The notes beneath the pieces were generated by a model. The model searched no databases. It was not told the DNA's origin and saw nothing but the letters and a program-made list of their open reading frames with translations. Position numbers and translations under genes: made by a program. Of a stretch of 64,000 bases of DNA, positions 35,805 to 46,064 are shown piece by piece; position 1 is the first letter of the stretch; the number at the start of each line of letters is the position of its first letter. The stretch comes from Candidatus Kapaibacterium sp. (lineage in GTDB: Bacteria; Bacteroidota; Ignavibacteria; Palsa-1295), in assembly GCA_046590205.1 (NCBI GenBank), contig JBKJTT010000068.1, positions 4,819 through 68,818 on the forward strand, given 5' to 3'.

Positions 35805-37049
35805 ATGAATACGAACCGTTTCTTATTAGTATTTCTCGCATTTCTTACCGTCGGCTGCGGCAAGAGTATTGACGCACCACCAACACTATCGTCGGTTGGC
35901 TTTGATGCTGCAGGTTCGAGGCAGATTCCGAAGATCGGCTCGCCGGCCACGATCACTAATATACTTAATGAGAAACTTACCTTCGAGAGAGCGGAGTTTA
36001 CTTCGTCACCCATCGCTTTCCCGGATGCAAGCGGATATGTTGTCGGAACACGCGCTGGTATGGTGGCGATCTTTTCTGCTGCCGATTCGCTCACTGCATT
36101 AATCTCACTTCAAAGTAAGTCGCCAGTTCTTGAAATACTTGTTGACAGCAATTCTATTATTGTTTTACAACCCGACGGCTTAGTAACGTTACTCGCAAAA
36201 GATGGGAAAGAGCGATGGACAAACCCACTGACTACTTCTCCACGGTGCAACTCTCTTCTTAGCGACGCAAACATTTTGATTGCGACTGATTCTTCCCTTG
36301 TTCGTATTTCAACTGCTGATGGTAAATCGTCAAATATTTTATCTTATGCTCTTTCTCCTCGCTCACTTGCATACGATAAGAATGCAAAGCTTATCTATTT
36401 TGCACTGACGACAAATTCAAGCGACGGGGCTGATAGTATTATATGTATAAGTGAAGATGGGAAAGTTATCTCACGTACAGGATTTCCGAACATGCGTATT
36501 AGTTCGAACTTGACACTCGTTGGTGATGAGAGCAAACGTGTAGCATTCGGATACTTTGGTGACTTGAATCCGCAAAGCTCTGTACGCAGAACTTATGTAG
36601 CTCTTTATGAAGGCATTACAGAAGGCAAGCCGAAACAAGTAGCTAAGCATGAAATACCATATATCCCGATGAACATCGCATCAAACAGGGAGCTTATCGT
36701 TTCATCCGGCTTCCGCGAACGTTCGGAAGAACTTGCATCAGGCATTGACGCATTTGATATTGCAAAGCTCGAAAAGCGTTGGCAGCGCAGATTCTCGGAG
36801 CCGCTTGTCGCACCAATCAGTATCTCAAGTGCAAATATATACTTCACTCTTAGTTTTCCGACGACTGCCGAGACGCCCTCGAATGGATTGTTCTATGTGC
36901 TCTTTGCTGAAGACGGAAAAACCGATAGAGAAGTTGCTATCGAAGGAGTGCGTTCCGGGTTTGCGGCGGGTATGCCAATGCCGCTGGGTGAATCGGCACT
37001 TATGCTATCTGATAATCAAAAACCAATTATCTATATAATCAGAGATTGA
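35805..37049 (+). CDS. Hypothetical lipoprotein (possible beta-propeller)
   Basis: A lipobox (LTVGCGKS) is present and the start is the internal ATG at 35805. The repetitive beta-strand-rich sequence shows no confident family match. Confidence 0.5.
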   Translation: MNTNRFLLVFLAFLTVGCGKSIDAPPTLSSVGFDAAGSRQIPKIGSPATITNILNEKLTFERAEFTSSPIAFPDASGYVVGTRAGMVAIFSAADSLTALISLQSKSPVLEILVDSNSIIVLQPDGLVTLLAKDGKERWTNPLTTSPRCNSLLSDANILIATDSSLVRISTADGKSSNILSYALSPRSLAYDKNAKLIYFALTTNSSDGADSIICISEDGKVISRTGFPNMRISSNLTLVGDESKRVAFGYFGDLNPQSSVRRTYVALYEGITEGKPKQVAKHEIPYIPMNIASNRELIVSSGFRERSEELASGIDAFDIAKLEKRWQRRFSEPLVAPISISSANIYFTLSFPTTAETPSNGLFYVLFAEDGKTDREVAIEGVRSGFAAGMPMPLGESALMLSDNQKPIIYIIRD

Positions 37050-37954
37050 TGGACCTTTTCAATAAGCTCATTGCTTGGGTTTTACCAATTGTTCCAAAAG
37101 GTATTGTCCGCAAGGTAAGCGCACGGTACATCGCAGGCGATGCACTCCCCGATGCTGTTCGATGTGTTCGCTCTCTTAACGGCGAAGGTGCAATGGCAAC
37201 GGTGGATGTACTCGGTGAATACATCAAGAATATCGGTGAAGCAGATGAGAATACACGCTACTCATGTGAAGTGCTCGAGACAATTGAGCGCGAAAAGATT
37301 GACAGTAACCTTTCGATAAAGCTAACATCGCTCGGACTTGGCTTGGATAATGCTCACTGCGAAGAGAACGTCAGGAAGATACTCGATACAGCGAGGACAC
37401 ACGGCAATATCTTTGTGCGCTTTGATATGGAAGACTCTCACTACACAACTCTTACAATAGATCTTTATGATAAACTCCGCAAAGAATATTCAAATGTAGG
37501 AGTCGTAATACAAGCATATCTTCGCAGAACAGAGAACGATATTAAACAGCTTACTGATGGTGGCTTCACAAACGTTCGACTCTGCAAAGGCATCTACATT
37601 GAAGCCGAAGAGATCGCATTCAAAGGACGCGACGAGATACGCTATAACTTTGCGAAGTGCCTCGACCTGCTTTTCTCACGCGGAGCATACGTCGGTATAG
37701 CGACACATGACGAAGTTATCGTTGAAAGTGCAAAGAACATCATCAAGAAACACTCTCTTGATAGAACAAAGTATGAATTCCAAATGCTTCTTGGTGTACG
37801 CGAGAATATGCGTCGCGCCATCATTAAAGAAGGACATCGTCTGCGTGTTTATGTTCCGTTCGGTGCAGATTGGTACGGATATTCTGTGCGCCGCTTAAAA
37901 GAGAATCCAAGTGTTGCAGGACATGTTGTAAAAGCGATGTTCACGAGAGGATAA
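37046..37954 (+). CDS. Proline dehydrogenase (monofunctional PutA-type catalytic domain)
   Basis: At about 300 aa, with ...SIKLTSLGL... and LCKGIYIEAEEIAF...YVPFGADWYGYSVRRLKENPS, it matches stand-alone ProDH enzymes. It overlaps the upstream gene by 4 bp. Confidence 0.75.
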   Translation: MMDLFNKLIAWVLPIVPKGIVRKVSARYIAGDALPDAVRCVRSLNGEGAMATVDVLGEYIKNIGEADENTRYSCEVLETIEREKIDSNLSIKLTSLGLGLDNAHCEENVRKILDTARTHGNIFVRFDMEDSHYTTLTIDLYDKLRKEYSNVGVVIQAYLRRTENDIKQLTDGGFTNVRLCKGIYIEAEEIAFKGRDEIRYNFAKCLDLLFSRGAYVGIATHDEVIVESAKNIIKKHSLDRTKYEFQMLLGVRENMRRAIIKEGHRLRVYVPFGADWYGYSVRRLKENPSVAGHVVKAMFTRG

Positions 37955-37957
37955 CCA

Positions 37958-38347
37958 GTGCACCAATACGCAAAACATTTTTCGCTTGAAGAGGCGCAGC
38001 AGATCGTCAAGGATGTCATCCCCATCCTCGAAGATATTTCGCGGCTCAAAGAAATTCTCGACAATAAAGGATATGACGTATTCCGCCATCAGTATTTTGG
38101 TGGCATAGGACCGAACGGACAGAAGTTCTTCCCGAGCGAAATGGAAGAACTTGTGCTGAAGGTCAGGGAGATAAACGAACTCGGCATTGAGATCAAAGAC
38201 CTTAATAAAGGACTCATCGATTTCCCGCATTTGCGTCGCGGCGGAGAGGAAGTATATCTCTGTTATATGCTCGGTGAACCTGCTATCATTGCATGGCATC
38301 CGATCTTGGGCGGATTCCCTTCAAGAAAATCGCTTGACGAACTGTAA
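37958..38347 (+). CDS. Hypothetical protein (DUF2203-like)
   Basis: This is a 129-aa GTG-start ORF lying 3 nt after the ProDH stop. It has a weak resemblance to DUF2203. Confidence 0.4.
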   Translation: MHQYAKHFSLEEAQQIVKDVIPILEDISRLKEILDNKGYDVFRHQYFGGIGPNGQKFFPSEMEELVLKVREINELGIEIKDLNKGLIDFPHLRRGGEEVYLCYMLGEPAIIAWHPILGGFPSRKSLDEL

Positions 38348-38400
38348 TATTTTTGTACTTCCCCGTGTCTATATACTTTCTATCTAACGCAAAATAATCT

Positions 38401-39243
38401 ATGAAAAGAACGTTACGAATCGCTCTCTGTGCATTTACATTCTTATCACTGCAAACCCTCATTAGCTGCAGTCAGAAAGAAGCCGATAAACCCGCCGAGA
38501 ACATCGAATCAAAAGTTGATAGCGCACTCGGCAGCGAGCCGACTGCTGAGGTTGTACCTCCGACAGATACTACAACATCCGCTCCTACCGGAGGATCAGG
38601 CGGCGCTGGCGAAAAGCTCTTTAAGAGCACCTCGCTTGGCAAAGTAAAATCATCATGTGCAACATGCCACTCTACCGGAGGTTCTGATTCGCGTATCAGA
38701 GCAGGACATACCCTCGCCGGAGTTACCAAACGTACCTCCACATGGAACGGGATGTTCAAAGACGCTGACCTCGAGAAGAACGCATACGGCGCATCGCTCT
38801 GCGCTACGCTCTTCCAGGCAAAAGCTAGCGGACTTAAAGCCGACGAAGTTACTGCGCTCAATGAATACCTGAAGTCTCTAGAATCTGCTCCCGGAGCTGT
38901 GACAAAGAATCTCAACATCCAATGGGCAGCGAAGCCACCTTTGAAAAAGGATGAATCTGTTGATGAGAAAGTTGCCAAGCCAATTCTCAAAGCGATCATG
39001 AAAACACCCGGTGATGTAAAAGCGGGAGAAGGTGTATTCGCAAAGTCATGCGCTAACTGCCATAGCTTTAAAGATAAACTTATCGGACCAAAGTTCACGG
39101 CGGATATTGCGGGTGAACCGGAGATCATTGCATCGGCAATACGCTTCGGCTACGGTGCGATGCCATTCTTTGCGAAGGATAAGCTTACCGATCAGCAAGT
39201 CGCTGATGTAGTCGCCTATATTCAGGCAACAGCCGGCAACTAA
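38401..39243 (+). CDS. Di-haem c-type cytochrome lipoprotein
   Basis: A lipobox signal (LISCSQ) is followed by two CxxCH motifs (CATCH, CANCH), each in a cytochrome-c-like segment. Confidence 0.7.
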   Translation: MKRTLRIALCAFTFLSLQTLISCSQKEADKPAENIESKVDSALGSEPTAEVVPPTDTTTSAPTGGSGGAGEKLFKSTSLGKVKSSCATCHSTGGSDSRIRAGHTLAGVTKRTSTWNGMFKDADLEKNAYGASLCATLFQAKASGLKADEVTALNEYLKSLESAPGAVTKNLNIQWAAKPPLKKDESVDEKVAKPILKAIMKTPGDVKAGEGVFAKSCANCHSFKDKLIGPKFTADIAGEPEIIASAIRFGYGAMPFFAKDKLTDQQVADVVAYIQATAGN

Positions 39244-39264
39244 AATAGAGACACTTTCTTACTT

Positions 39265-39299
39265 CACAAGCCCTTTTTTTGAAGGGCTTGTGTTGTTTA
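39265..39299 (+). terminator. Intrinsic terminator after the di-haem cytochrome gene
   Basis: cacaagccc ... gggcttgtg forms a stem and is followed by ttgtttat. Confidence 0.5.
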
Positions 39300-39344
39300 T
39301 AACTCATCCTGTCACAGAGCGTTACCGAGTTGTGTCATTGTAAT

Positions 39345-41861
39345 ATGAAAAACACCGCATATCTCTTCGCACTAATAGTGCTTACATTCCTTTCTGCCCC
39401 CTCTGCATGGGCATTGGAGCATAATATTACGGCAGATGTGATAATTTCTCCTACGAACGGTGGGCGCCTGCCTGTAAACGTCCCTACAACTGTAAAAGCG
39501 TACTTTAAAAACAATGGCACATCCGCAGATTCAAATGTTGTGCTTACTGCATTTATCAGAAACGTTGCCAACACTGTAATATACAGAGATACTGTCATCG
39601 TCAGTAGTTGGGGAAGCGAAGAAGTTAAAGAAATTACCTTTAGAAATTTCACACCAACTCAACTTACAGATTACCGTTTTTATGTTGTCGCACTCTTACC
39701 TACTGATGAACTGAGAAGTGACGACACCCTCATTAACTATACTTTCAGTCGTTATGAATCTGATGTAAAAGCTGTCGCTGTTACAACTCCAACCCCTGAT
39801 AGTATTATCTCGCAAAAGCTTGGATTCCAACCTGCTGGCACATTTCAGTGCTTGGGGGTACGCGACAACTTCGATTTTAAGTGTAGATTTCAAATAAGGA
39901 AGTGCAGTGATAATTCGCTCGTGTTTCAGGCAGACTCTATCATGCCTGAACTTTACTATGGTGATCTGCCGAAAGAGTTTAAATTCCCTTCGAAAAGTTG
40001 TAACTTCGATACGCGCAAACTTGCACTGGGATGTTACAAAGCAGCGGTAATCGCATTTCTCCCCGACGATGGCGACAGAACCAACGACACTGCTTACGCA
40101 TTCTTCGAGGTCGTTGCTACTACACTCCCCCATGACATGAAAGCAGACTCCGTCGTTACGCCGAAGAACGGGACGAGCATACCGAACCCGACGAACATTC
40201 CCATCACCATCCGATTCCGCAATAGCGGGGCGAACGATGAATCGAACGTGAAGGTCGTTGCTTCGGTGACGAATCCGAAAGGTCTTGTGCTTTACCGCGA
40301 CACTGCGACGATCAACTTCCTTGCAAAAGGCGGCACGCAGGATGTTGCTTTCAAGACGTTCATCTTCCCTTCGCAAAGTAATTACTTTGGCAATTACATT
40401 TTCTCCGGTACTGTGCTACTGACCAATGATGAATACCGTCTCGATGATACCATCCGCTCAAGCGTAACACTCGGCACCGCGCAGGATGTGCAGGCAGTAG
40501 AGATACTCAATCCGTTTAACGGAGAAGTAAAGACAGGTGGAGTTGCATTCGGGGTGAAGGTGACGTTCCGCACCAGTTGGGGTACTGGTGAGTTTCTGAA
40601 TGTACCTGTTCGCGTACAACTCCGTGCATGTTCTGAAAACCTTTTGCGCTTTCAAGCAGATACCGTTATTCCTGTACTGAACATCGATTCAGGACTCTTC
40701 ACTGTCATATTCCCTATTGCAAGCGGAGTCTTCAACACAGCCGAACTTCCGGCGGAATGTTATCGAACCGTTGCGTTCACAAGACTTTCTTTCGATGGCA
40801 ACAGAGCAAACGATACCGTACGCAATACATTTACCATCGCGCCATATAGGTCACATAACATCACTGCTGTTGCTGTTACTGCCCCTCTCGATCAGTCGCA
40901 TGGCGGAAAGCTTATCGCTGTTGCGGTGAAGTACCAGAACACGGGTGTCAATGATGAATCAACCGTCAAACTTCTTGCGATAATAAAAGACAGGGACGGT
41001 AATGTGATATACCGCGACAGCGCGTATGAAACAAATTGGATCTCGAGCGAAGAGCGGACGAAAGGATTCAAGAACTTCACGCTGCCTGCCGACGGCATCT
41101 ATACGCTCTATGGCATTTGCGCAATGGCGGGCGACGTCGCGCGTTCGGATGATACAGTCCTCTCGCGATTCTCGACCGGTCAGGTCATAGATGCGGAAGC
41201 TGTTGCAGTTGTGTATCCGAAAGAGGGCGATAATATCAAAGAAGGTACATCGTTTAATCCCGTTGCATTATTCCGTTGGGCTGGAGGATATGACGATAAA
41301 TATCCCGTCCCCGTATCGCTTGAGATACGCAGATGCGAGGATAATATGCTCGTCTTCCAGGCAGATAGCATACTGGATTCGCTTCGCGTCGAAGATGAGG
41401 AGAAAGAGGTTATCTTCCCTACTACTGCGGGCGGCTGGGACATTGCCAATATACCCGATGGGTGCCTCCGCGTCGCTGCAATCGCGAAGATGGAGTTCGA
41501 CGGCAATAGAAAGAACGACACGGCATATAGCACTATACTTATCATCGTCAAGCACTCCGTAGGCACAGAGCAGACAAAACAAGCGCTTACGCTCGTAGCG
41601 AACTACCCGAACCCGTTCGCTACGCGCACCGAGATGAGCTACGAGCTTTCGACAAGCGGCTACATGTCCATCCGCCTTATCGATATATCAGGCAAGCTCG
41701 TAGAAACCATAACAGCCAACACACTCCGCGCCGCAGGCAGACACAGCATCACCATAGACGCCACACCCCTCTCAAACGGCACGTATTTTGTGGAGATGGT
41801 CTTTAAGGATGCAAGCGGGATTCTCTCACGCGAGATACAACGGGTGACGGTAAAGAGGTAG
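39345..41861 (+). CDS. Secreted protein with four tandem CARDB-like domain pairs and a T9SS C-terminal sorting domain
   Basis: The start is the ATG at 39345 (MKNTAYLFALIVLTF...). Four repeat units of roughly 125 aa each begin VISPTNGGRLPVNVPTTVKAYFKNNG / VVTPKNGTSIPNPTNIPITIRFRNSG / ...AVAVKYQNTG..., each followed by a Cys-containing subdomain. The sorting domain reads NYPNPFATRTEMSYEL...GTYFVEMVF. Confidence 0.65.
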   Translation: MKNTAYLFALIVLTFLSAPSAWALEHNITADVIISPTNGGRLPVNVPTTVKAYFKNNGTSADSNVVLTAFIRNVANTVIYRDTVIVSSWGSEEVKEITFRNFTPTQLTDYRFYVVALLPTDELRSDDTLINYTFSRYESDVKAVAVTTPTPDSIISQKLGFQPAGTFQCLGVRDNFDFKCRFQIRKCSDNSLVFQADSIMPELYYGDLPKEFKFPSKSCNFDTRKLALGCYKAAVIAFLPDDGDRTNDTAYAFFEVVATTLPHDMKADSVVTPKNGTSIPNPTNIPITIRFRNSGANDESNVKVVASVTNPKGLVLYRDTATINFLAKGGTQDVAFKTFIFPSQSNYFGNYIFSGTVLLTNDEYRLDDTIRSSVTLGTAQDVQAVEILNPFNGEVKTGGVAFGVKVTFRTSWGTGEFLNVPVRVQLRACSENLLRFQADTVIPVLNIDSGLFTVIFPIASGVFNTAELPAECYRTVAFTRLSFDGNRANDTVRNTFTIAPYRSHNITAVAVTAPLDQSHGGKLIAVAVKYQNTGVNDESTVKLLAIIKDRDGNVIYRDSAYETNWISSEERTKGFKNFTLPADGIYTLYGICAMAGDVARSDDTVLSRFSTGQVIDAEAVAVVYPKEGDNIKEGTSFNPVALFRWAGGYDDKYPVPVSLEIRRCEDNMLVFQADSILDSLRVEDEEKEVIFPTTAGGWDIANIPDGCLRVAAIAKMEFDGNRKNDTAYSTILIIVKHSVGTEQTKQALTLVANYPNPFATRTEMSYELSTSGYMSIRLIDISGKLVETITANTLRAAGRHSITIDATPLSNGTYFVEMVFKDASGILSREIQRVTVKR

Positions 41862-41944
41862 GGGTCAGTGGCTAGTGCCTAGTGGTTATTAGGGATAAAA
41901 CTATAAGGGATTTTTTCCGTAGAACTTATTGTCGCTTATATAAT

Positions 41945-43198
41945 ATGAAAAGACTTTATATCCTCTTCCTCTTTTTTGCGTCCTCGGCGTTTGCCCAGCC
42001 GAAGCTGCTTATCCCGATGGATCTCGATCAAGCCGATCACCTGAAGGCATACGGCATTACGTACTGGGGGCTTGCGAAGGGCATCGAGTTCGATTGGCTC
42101 TTGAACTATCGCGGCGGGAGCTTCATGGCGAACTATACCGATATTCTTGCGGCTGAATGCCGGATCAGAGGCGTTGGCTTCGAGAAGATAGACGCTTCGA
42201 GCGCCGCATCGATCTATACTCTTGTTCAGTCCGAAGAGAAGAACATGGATGTCGTGAAGCTTGAGAAGGTGCCTCGCATTGCAGTCTATGTCCCGCCTGG
42301 GTTTCAGCCGTGGGATGATGCCGTAACGCTGGCTTTGGAATATGCCGAAGTGCCCTACGATAAGCTTTGGGATGAAGAGATCGTCGGCGGTAAACTCGCG
42401 AAGTACGATTGGCTTCATTTGCATCACGAGGATTTTACCGGTCAGTATGGTAAGTTTTATGGTAACTCGCGGCACGAGCCCTGGTATCAGGCGCAGGTCA
42501 GGCTGCTCGAGGCAACGGCAAGTAAACTTGGCTTCGCGAAGGTCAGCGAACTCAAACGCTCCGTTGCCAAGAAGATCAAAGAATATGTCGGCAACGGCGG
42601 CTTTATGTTTGCTATGTGTTCGGCAACCGATAGCTACGACATCGCCCTTGCCTCGGAGAACACCGATATCTGCGACGCAGTCTTCGATGGTGACGGTGTT
42701 GATCCAAGCTACCCGTCGAAGCTTGATTTCACCAAAACATTTGCCTTCGAGAACTTTGGTCTTCGCACCAACCCTATGGAATATGAATATTCCGATATCG
42801 ATGTGCAGTATCAGGAGATCGGCAATACGGATAACGATTACTTTACACTCTTTGATTTTTCTGCGAAGTTCGACCCCGTCCCGACAATGCTGACACAGAA
42901 TCATGTCGGGATCGTCAGAGGTTTTATGGGACAATCAACGATGTTTCATAAGCAGTACATCAAGAAGACCGTCACGATACTCGGTGAACGCGAAGGCAGC
43001 GAACAGGTCAGGTATTTATATTCGAACTTCGGACGCGGCTTCTTCGCCTTCTACGGCGGACATGACCCCGAAGATTATACGCACCAAGTAGGCGACCCGC
43101 CGACAGACCTGAAGCTCCATAAACAAAGCCCCGGCTACCGCCTGATACTCAACAACGTCCTCTTCCCTGCGGCAAAGAAGAAGAAGCTGAAGACGTAG
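41945..43198 (+). CDS. Hypothetical secreted protein (possible class I glutamine-amidotransferase/ThuA-like fold)
   Basis: The signal peptide is MKRLYILFLFFASSAFAQP. It is an aromatic-rich globular protein. The assignment to a ThuA-like fold is tentative. A 332-aa antisense ORF is rejected. Confidence 0.5.
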   Translation: MKRLYILFLFFASSAFAQPKLLIPMDLDQADHLKAYGITYWGLAKGIEFDWLLNYRGGSFMANYTDILAAECRIRGVGFEKIDASSAASIYTLVQSEEKNMDVVKLEKVPRIAVYVPPGFQPWDDAVTLALEYAEVPYDKLWDEEIVGGKLAKYDWLHLHHEDFTGQYGKFYGNSRHEPWYQAQVRLLEATASKLGFAKVSELKRSVAKKIKEYVGNGGFMFAMCSATDSYDIALASENTDICDAVFDGDGVDPSYPSKLDFTKTFAFENFGLRTNPMEYEYSDIDVQYQEIGNTDNDYFTLFDFSAKFDPVPTMLTQNHVGIVRGFMGQSTMFHKQYIKKTVTILGEREGSEQVRYLYSNFGRGFFAFYGGHDPEDYTHQVGDPPTDLKLHKQSPGYRLILNNVLFPAAKKKKLKT

Positions 43199-43200
43199 TC

Positions 43201-43689
43201 ATGACTATCGCATCTCTATCTTGTGATGATTGGCATAGTGTTAGCAATATCTATCTCGAAGGAATTGCAACAGGGAATGCTTCACTTGAAACAGATACAC
43301 CGAGTTGGGAGAAATGGGATGATGAACACTTAGCTTATTGTCGGCTCATTGCGAAGGAGGATGATGTCATACTTGGTTGGGCAGCTCTCTCCCCTGTTTC
43401 GGGACGATGTGTTTATGGTGGAGTTGCTGAGGTTAGTATTTACATTGCAGAATCTGCCCGAGGCAAAGGAATCGGCAAACAGCTCTTTGAACGGCTTATT
43501 GAAGAATCAGAAAATAACGAACTCTGGACGTTACAATCTGGCATCCTGCAAGAGAACATCGCCAGCATTAAACTCCACGAGAAATGTGGCTTCCGAATTA
43601 TAGGTGTAAGAGAACGTATTGGACAGCGCGATGGTATCTGGCGCAATGTTGTACTGATGGAGAGAAGAAGTCATAAAGTAGGAGTATGA
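43201..43689 (+). CDS. GNAT-family N-acetyltransferase
   Basis: The acetyl-CoA-binding motif SARGKGIGKQLFERL is present, and the protein is phosphinothricin/MnaT-like overall. Confidence 0.75.
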   Translation: MTIASLSCDDWHSVSNIYLEGIATGNASLETDTPSWEKWDDEHLAYCRLIAKEDDVILGWAALSPVSGRCVYGGVAEVSIYIAESARGKGIGKQLFERLIEESENNELWTLQSGILQENIASIKLHEKCGFRIIGVRERIGQRDGIWRNVVLMERRSHKVGV

Positions 43690-43704
43690 AAACGATTCAT
43701 CTAT

Positions 43705-45897
43705 TTATGCTTCTTCGGTGACCACACTATTCGCATAGTCAAATGCCCTGACGAACCTGAGGTGTTCATACCCAAATTTTTCTTTATCGAGAATCGCCAT
43801 CACGGGAGAAAGAGCATTCATCGAACCAACTTTCTTAAATGCTTCGCGAATTGCATCTATCTTATTTGTATCAATGAGACGGTCAATATCATCGACCTCA
43901 CCCTCTGCTATAAAACCTTCGAGATGAGTTGCAATAGTCGATACAGCAAGCCCGCGTATCTCCGCAATCTCTTTTAGGGAATGACCTTTTTGAAATAAAG
44001 ATTTTGTCAGACCTGCAGTAGATGGTATTGCCGGCGGAATATATGGGTCAACAGTTCTATTGTCCGGTTTTACAACTTCATTTATAACAGCGACAAATGC
44101 CGCAGCATAATGCTTCTTCTTGACTTCACCAATGCCCGTCATCTTCCCGAACTGCTCCTCTGTCCGTGGCAACTTGACGGTCATCTCACGAAGAACCGAA
44201 TCATGGAAGATCACATACGGCGGTACATTTTGTTTATTAGCAAGTTCTTTACGAAGTGTACGAAGTGCTTCGAATAGCTTTGCACTTAGCTCCGATAGAT
44301 CAGCTGTTACTGTTCGAGATGGTCCTGCGGCTCGTTCCTCTTTGGTCTTCCTCGTCTTAAGAGGTGGCGGAGGAAGTGAGATAGGCGAACGGTTGACAAG
44401 GGCTTCATTACCTTTTGTCGTCAACTTCAACGCACCGTATTCTTCATCGCGAATAATATATTCTTCAGCTTCAAGTTCTTTTGCAATATGCTGCCACTGT
44501 GGCTTCTTATACTCTTTCCCTATTCCAAACGTAGTAAGCTTATGATGCCCGTTATGAATAATTCTATCTTCTTTGTCATTACCTGTCAAAACATCTGCGA
44601 TGTATCCTGCGCCATATCGCTGTGAAGTACGAATGATGGTCGAAAGGAATTTCTGCGCTGCAACGGTAAGGTCTGCCGTTTCTTTTTTCTCGCCAGAGCC
44701 GAGGCAGTTATCACATGCTCCACAATTATCTGTCGGCTGTTCCTCCCCGAAATACTGTAAGACCATTTTTCTTCGGCAGGTACGAAGCTCGGCATATTTA
44801 CAGATCAGGTCAAGATTTGCAAGGTTGTTCTTGACGATATTCTGCGGCAGTTTGTCATTCTGGATAAGACGTGATATTTTTATCTTGTCGCCTGCGGAGT
44901 AAAAGAGAACGCAATCCGATGGTAGCCCGTCGCGCCCCGCGCGACCAGTCTCCTGATAATACCCTTCCAAGTTCTTTGAAATATCATAATGCACGACGAA
45001 CCTGACATTCGATTTATCAATGCCCATTCCGAATGCAATAGTCGCGCAAACGATATCAACTTTATCGCGAATGAAATCTTCCTGATTCTTGCTTCGCTGC
45101 GCCGACGTCATACCCGCATGATAGGCAACAGCACGGTAGCCACGAGAAGCGAGACGCTCGGCAATACCTTCGGTCGAGGCGCGGGACATACAATAGATAA
45201 TACCCGATTCACCTTTATGCGTCTCCAGGAATCGGAGCAGGTCATTGAACGTATCGCCTTTCGGCTGAACCGAATAGATAAGATTCGGACGATTAAAACT
45301 TGCCTTATAGCGCGAACCATGTTTACCGATGCCAAGTTGCTCGACGATGTCATTAGCAACTCTCTCTGTCGCCGTTGCCGTCAACGCCATAACAGGCACA
45401 TCACCAAACTTCTTACGAACCATCGCAAGCTGACGGTACTCCGGACGGAAATCATGTCCCCATTCGCTGATACAATGCGCTTCATCAATAGCGATGAAGG
45501 CAACATCAAGCGTACTTAGAAAACCCAAGAAGTCCGGCATAACAAGCCGCTCCGGCGCGCAGTAGAGAATCTTTACCGCACCGCGACGGATGAGGTCTTT
45601 TCGATGCGAAACCTCCTGCGGATCAAGCGAGCTATTGATGAATGTAGCCGGAATGCCAAGCTCATGCAGACTATCCACCTGATCTTTCATCAGCGCAATA
45701 AGCGGACTAACGACGATGACAAGTCCCTTCGTCAGCAGTGCCGGAAGCTGGTAGCAGAGCGACTTTCCGCCGCCAGTCGGCATCAGGACAAAGACGTCCT
45801 TGCCCGCAAGTATATCTTCGATGATCTCGCCCTGCAAGGGTCGAAACGAAGTATAGCCGAAATACTGCTCTAATGCTTGTAGGTGCCTATCATCCAT
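43705..45897 (-). CDS. recQ: ATP-dependent DNA helicase RecQ
   Basis: Helicase motif I (MPTGGGKSLCYQLPAL), a DEAH box, RQC Zn-binding cysteines and a C-terminal HRDC-like region are present. The length is 730 aa. Confidence 0.85.
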   Translation of the reverse strand: MDDRHLQALEQYFGYTSFRPLQGEIIEDILAGKDVFVLMPTGGGKSLCYQLPALLTKGLVIVVSPLIALMKDQVDSLHELGIPATFINSSLDPQEVSHRKDLIRRGAVKILYCAPERLVMPDFLGFLSTLDVAFIAIDEAHCISEWGHDFRPEYRQLAMVRKKFGDVPVMALTATATERVANDIVEQLGIGKHGSRYKASFNRPNLIYSVQPKGDTFNDLLRFLETHKGESGIIYCMSRASTEGIAERLASRGYRAVAYHAGMTSAQRSKNQEDFIRDKVDIVCATIAFGMGIDKSNVRFVVHYDISKNLEGYYQETGRAGRDGLPSDCVLFYSAGDKIKISRLIQNDKLPQNIVKNNLANLDLICKYAELRTCRRKMVLQYFGEEQPTDNCGACDNCLGSGEKKETADLTVAAQKFLSTIIRTSQRYGAGYIADVLTGNDKEDRIIHNGHHKLTTFGIGKEYKKPQWQHIAKELEAEEYIIRDEEYGALKLTTKGNEALVNRSPISLPPPPLKTRKTKEERAAGPSRTVTADLSELSAKLFEALRTLRKELANKQNVPPYVIFHDSVLREMTVKLPRTEEQFGKMTGIGEVKKKHYAAAFVAVINEVVKPDNRTVDPYIPPAIPSTAGLTKSLFQKGHSLKEIAEIRGLAVSTIATHLEGFIAEGEVDDIDRLIDTNKIDAIREAFKKVGSMNALSPVMAILDKEKFGYEHLRFVRAFDYANSVVTEEA

Positions 45898-46064
45898 GCT
45901 GAAAAGATACGAAAATAATCCGAACCGCTAACAAAATTATTCATTACAATATTGTTTTATCTTTTTTTGCGCTGCAATGTCTAAGTTTGTAAATCACCGA
46001 TGGAATTATTAATACCTTCGCTTGTTGAACTTGGTTACTTCATATACTATTTACAGAGGTAATC

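Noticed and set aside
41936-42934. A 332-aa antisense ORF opposite the ThuA-like secreted protein gene; similar long antisense ORFs occur at 38472..39128, 39696..40376 and 9879..10421.
   Set aside because: Their products are Arg/Lys/Ile-rich low-complexity sequences typical of antisense frames. The sense-strand products have signal peptides and recognisable domains (cytochrome CxxCH, CARDB repeats, M24 motifs).
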